A stretch of DNA of 64,000 bases from Haplodiscus bocki (lineage: Eukaryota), in assembly GCA_965655095.1 (NCBI GenBank), contig OZ296649.1, forward strand, positions 120,218,001 through 120,282,000, read 5' to 3'. Below the pieces are notes generated by a model, which saw nothing but the letters and a program-made list of their open reading frames with translations, did no database searches and was not told where the DNA came from. Position 1 is the first letter of the stretch; the number at the start of each line of letters is the position of its first letter. The translations under genes and the position numbers were made by a program. Shown here piece after piece: positions 60,600-64,000 of this stretch.

Positions 60600-61150
60600 C
60601 CGAATAATTGCCGTAAAACTCGGAATAGGTCCCTGACAGGCTATGTTGTCTACTGATATATTAGAGTTCAATCGACATATGTAAAAAACCTATTCAGTTG
60701 TTCCCATTCCTTCTTGGTGGTAGAATGACCAAAAAACAGTTTCGGCTTTTTCGCAAAACTTTCCGCTAAAACACCCGCTGAAAGAATCTGGGGAAAATCG
60801 CTTGACTCACCATAAGGTCTACTTGATCGCTGGCAATTAATAACCCAGTGATTCAAGCCAAACAGCTTACTTGCATGCCTTGTATGTGGTAGCATTGTCG
60901 GAAAACATGAATTTTCCGACATATGTTGATAAGTTTTCCTCCAATATATCGCCTAAAGAAAACGGTAAAAAAATCTCCTGACATACCTTATGGTCTTGAA
61001 CGTTGACATTTTCCTAAGCAGTGATTCACACCACCCAAGGTCAATGCACACCTTGCAGGTGGTGATATTAACCAAAAACATGAATTTTCCGTTTTTCATT
61101 TTCAGAAGTCTTGTCGCCAAAACTCCCACCGGAAAGTTATCCATTTTTCA
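60600..61150 (-). repeat. Degenerate ~172-bp tandem repeat, ~3 units
   Basis: Minus strand cggaaaattcatgtttt..accac...caagg..tgca...tgaatcactg at ~61092 and ~60920, with a weaker third unit at ~60750. Confidence 0.7.
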
Positions 61151-61739
61151 AACTAGTAAGGCATCAAGAATATTTGATTTGGCGCCGGTTGTAGAAACAT
61201 AGGCAACCATCGAATGAGCGTGGAACTGCTCCTAGTCAAGGTCGACGATTTGCCGTGAAATTTTGAGCGTTTTTAATTTATTTTCGCTAAATACTCCAGG
61301 GCGATAATATTTGAATGCCGAAAGTTTGGGAAATTGTCATTTGCAACCTTGCCGTACAGGTGTTCAGAAAATAGAACGTTCCAAACAATACCTTCAAGAC
61401 ATCACGCTTCAAAGCTGTGAAACACAGAAAAAATGTCACATAGTCACAAATTGTAACTTCGCCAAATGAATCTGAAAAGACAAGCGCCGCTAGTCATTGA
61501 ATATTTTTCCTTTCTTCACATAAAATATGGAGGCGGAAAATATTAATGATTTATGAACACTTTTGACTTCACGAAATTGACTGCCTGGATAAAACTCATC
61601 AAGTTTTTGCAGAAGAGTCGTAGCTAAGACACGTTATTGGTTACGTCCTTCGCATTGGATTACTTGAAGGCCGCAAGTGCAAAAATCGGAAATGGTTTTT
61701 TTCCGCCAACTGCCAACTTTTTTTTCTGAAACCGCTCAG

Positions 61740-63100
61740 AGGGTTTCATCATCGACATCTCAATCGACAATTCTCTACTTGTAGGGTGGTATTCGATAGC
61801 AGTATTATAGTTTTCGCTCCGGAAAATGACAGCGAAAATTCCGAAAAGTGCGATTAGTGATGATCTTGGTCGATTTCCATGCACGCTTTTCGCCAAGACG
61901 ATTGGCTTGCTTTCTTCCATCAAGATTCCTTGCAGCAGTTTTTCACTTGAAGAAGGCTATTGGATGATGTTGTTTTTTTCATAGTTACTCATTTTTTTTC
62001 AGTTTCCGAAATCTGCAATGCCAATAAATGCTATTAATATTGTTGTTGTTCGATTTTCACCCAGTTTCCGCCAAAACGTGCCCGGATTTTTTCTGCCAAT
62101 GTCTCAATCAACTTTTTCTGTTCTACACGCTTTTTGAGAATCATCGCATCGAGCTCCGCCTATCGGAGTCTTGCCAGGTCGAACAGGCCAAAAACGCAAT
62201 TTAGTATTTTTTGCTAATAATTTAGGTCCTTGTTCTCCGAAATGACCCGTTTGGTGTCTTCGATAATGGTGCCAATAGACGGAATTTTCACTATTGAAAG
62301 TCATTTTACACCTATTTTCCGTCATTTTGCTTGCGGTCTTCCCGCAAGAGGCCGAATGTCCCGAACATTTCGACTTCTGTATGTTTGAACTCTTGCTTCT
62401 CCGAAATGATCGGGGAGATTTGATCTATCAAGTGTCAATGGACAATATTCTCTTCGTAGGAGAGCTCAATAGAAACTATCGTTTGGTGCACAGTGCTTGT
62501 GAACATGACCTGGTCGGCCGAACTTTACAAAAAAAGAATTACTAAATAATTTTCTCATTCGTACTGTTTTCTCTCAGCTGCGTTGTTTTTGCTTTAATTA
62601 AGCTCTCCATCTAGTTGGATTTTAGAGGCGGTATTTTGAAGTTCAATTTATTAATTTTGTTCCCTAGCATCGAAAACTGCAAGGCGGATATTTATTGTTC
62701 GATTAGCAATAATCGTGTTGTATTTTCAAAGTGATATCGCCCCGGGGTTATCGGCTCCTATTGTTCCATGAAGGTTTTTTCCGCCACTCTTTCTGTTGTG
62801 AACGGGCTTTTTTCATACAATTTGCTTCGAGAAACTGATTGACCGAAAAAAGCCAAGAAAAGTTTGTAAATTGTTCTGGACATTCCAAGTTTTTTCCGGT
62901 TTTATTTGCAAGGATCCTTTTAATCAATGTCTCGGACCACGATCTTCTTTTGTTTTCAATTTTGTGACTTGCATGGCAGACCCTACAGCTGAAAACTGCC
63001 GGAGTGCAGTTGATGGTTTTTGTTTCCAGTTTCCATATGTATGTTGTGCAGAACTATTTATTGGGTTCGTTTATCAAAGACTTCATCGAGAGCTGTTTGT
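61740..63100 (+). repeat. Further very degenerate cluster of the ~180-bp family
   Basis: One clear unit at ~61840-61930 (gaaaagtgc..tcgattt..ggcttgctttcttccatcaagat). Weaker anchors at ~62095, 62425, 62605 and 62765. Extent uncertain. Confidence 0.4.
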
Positions 63101-63720
63101 AGAAGTTTCGTATTCCATACGGTTCTTTCAATCTCGTTGAAGAATTGATTGTCTGCAATTGGCGAGCGTACTCTACTTGGCCTAGTATCGTCAGTTTTTG
63201 AAAGATGCAATTTGGCCAAAGTGCAGGGATTTTTGTCGTTTGTGCGCCGCCGAAGAGGGAGTATGTCGCCGCGCCTCTAGTTATCGATACTTTTATTTTG
63301 ATGTTCTTGCTGGTCAATTTTGCAATTTTCACTGATGCTTTCTTCACTCTCAAACATTTACCATTCAACTTTCATCGAATTTTCACGGACATCTTTTGTT
63401 GGTTCATCTATGAGGTCATCAGTCCGTTCTTTGAATTTTCGTCCGTTGTCTACGAATTACCTGCTACCCAGGATTAATTTCGTAAAACCTTGTTAATATC
63501 GAATCTGTAGGCAAACGATATTGAAGAGACTACGGCGACCTTTTCTGAGGCCACAATCTATGTCTCGGGCAATTCTGCCTCACCGAATGGTTTCACCTTC
63601 GGCTGCTTTTTTCTAGGCTATACAGCTGAGCAGCTATAAAAATGAATTTCTACTTGAAAAGCGTAAAGAACGTTTCTTGAACCAAACCAAATGGTGTTTC
63701 GACGTTTGCTACTCAAAAAA

Positions 63721-63757
63721 TAACAAGGATCGGTAGTTTTGCTCGCTTCGCTCGCAT
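63721..63757 (-). mobile_element. Terminus-like motif of a non-autonomous element (GCGAGCGAAGCGAGC...CTTGTT)
   Basis: Minus strand reads gcgagcgaagcgagcaaaactaccgatccttgtta; the same CTTGTTA end occurs at 51182 and in the macrosatellite monomer. Confidence 0.35.
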
Positions 63758-64000
63758 TTTTTCTACGTTACCTTAAAAATGGAATTTTCTCGCAGAATCA
63801 GAATATTTTAATACCCTTCTTCTGTCAGGGAAATTGTTTCGTTTTTCTTTAGGTATAAATAGAAAGTGTCAAAATTAGCTTTTTTTGCTCAAACTGTCAT
63901 TTTTTGATTATTTCGCTCATCAGCCTTGAAATTCATCTAGCAATTGTACGCAACTACCATAAACCAATACAAAATGTTAAGTTGGGAAACTTTTTTTTCA

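Noticed and set aside
1-64000. CRISPR array or other prokaryotic defence system
   Set aside because: No short repeats with unique spacers, no cas-like ORFs and no operon structure; the content is eukaryotic.

Overview
AT-rich, repeat-dominated eukaryotic DNA, most likely from an invertebrate animal (species not determinable from the window). Bases 1 to ~40,000 are a head-to-tail macrosatellite of ~21 monomers (mostly 1958-1978 bp, two of 1361 bp) that runs off the left edge and stops abruptly at ~40,000. Manual minus-strand translation across frameshifts shows that ~1.15 kb of each monomer is a dead Mutator-like (MULE) transposase gene with an N-terminal FLYWCH-like remnant and recognisable catalytic motifs (DGTF, D-x-E, C-x-x-H remnant, EGWH). 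Each full monomer also carries one TIR-like block of ~16-bp subrepeats, a hairpin+CTTGTT terminus-like motif and a piece of a dispersed repeat. The array shows a 5.3-kb higher-order duplication, a shared ~614-bp deletion and long-range haplotype patches. The right 24 kb holds one intact gene, an intronless METTL2-type tRNA m3C methyltransferase (44079-45080, +). It is surrounded by eroded relics (probable Penelope-like element with a large inverted repeat, possible DEG/ENaC pseudogene, possible hAT transposase), tRNA-derived repeats, ~120/~172/~180-bp tandem repeat families, Helitron-like termini and a (TCTG)19 microsatellite. Nearly all other ORFs in the track are spurious or relic fragments. 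All homology calls are by eye; no searches were run.
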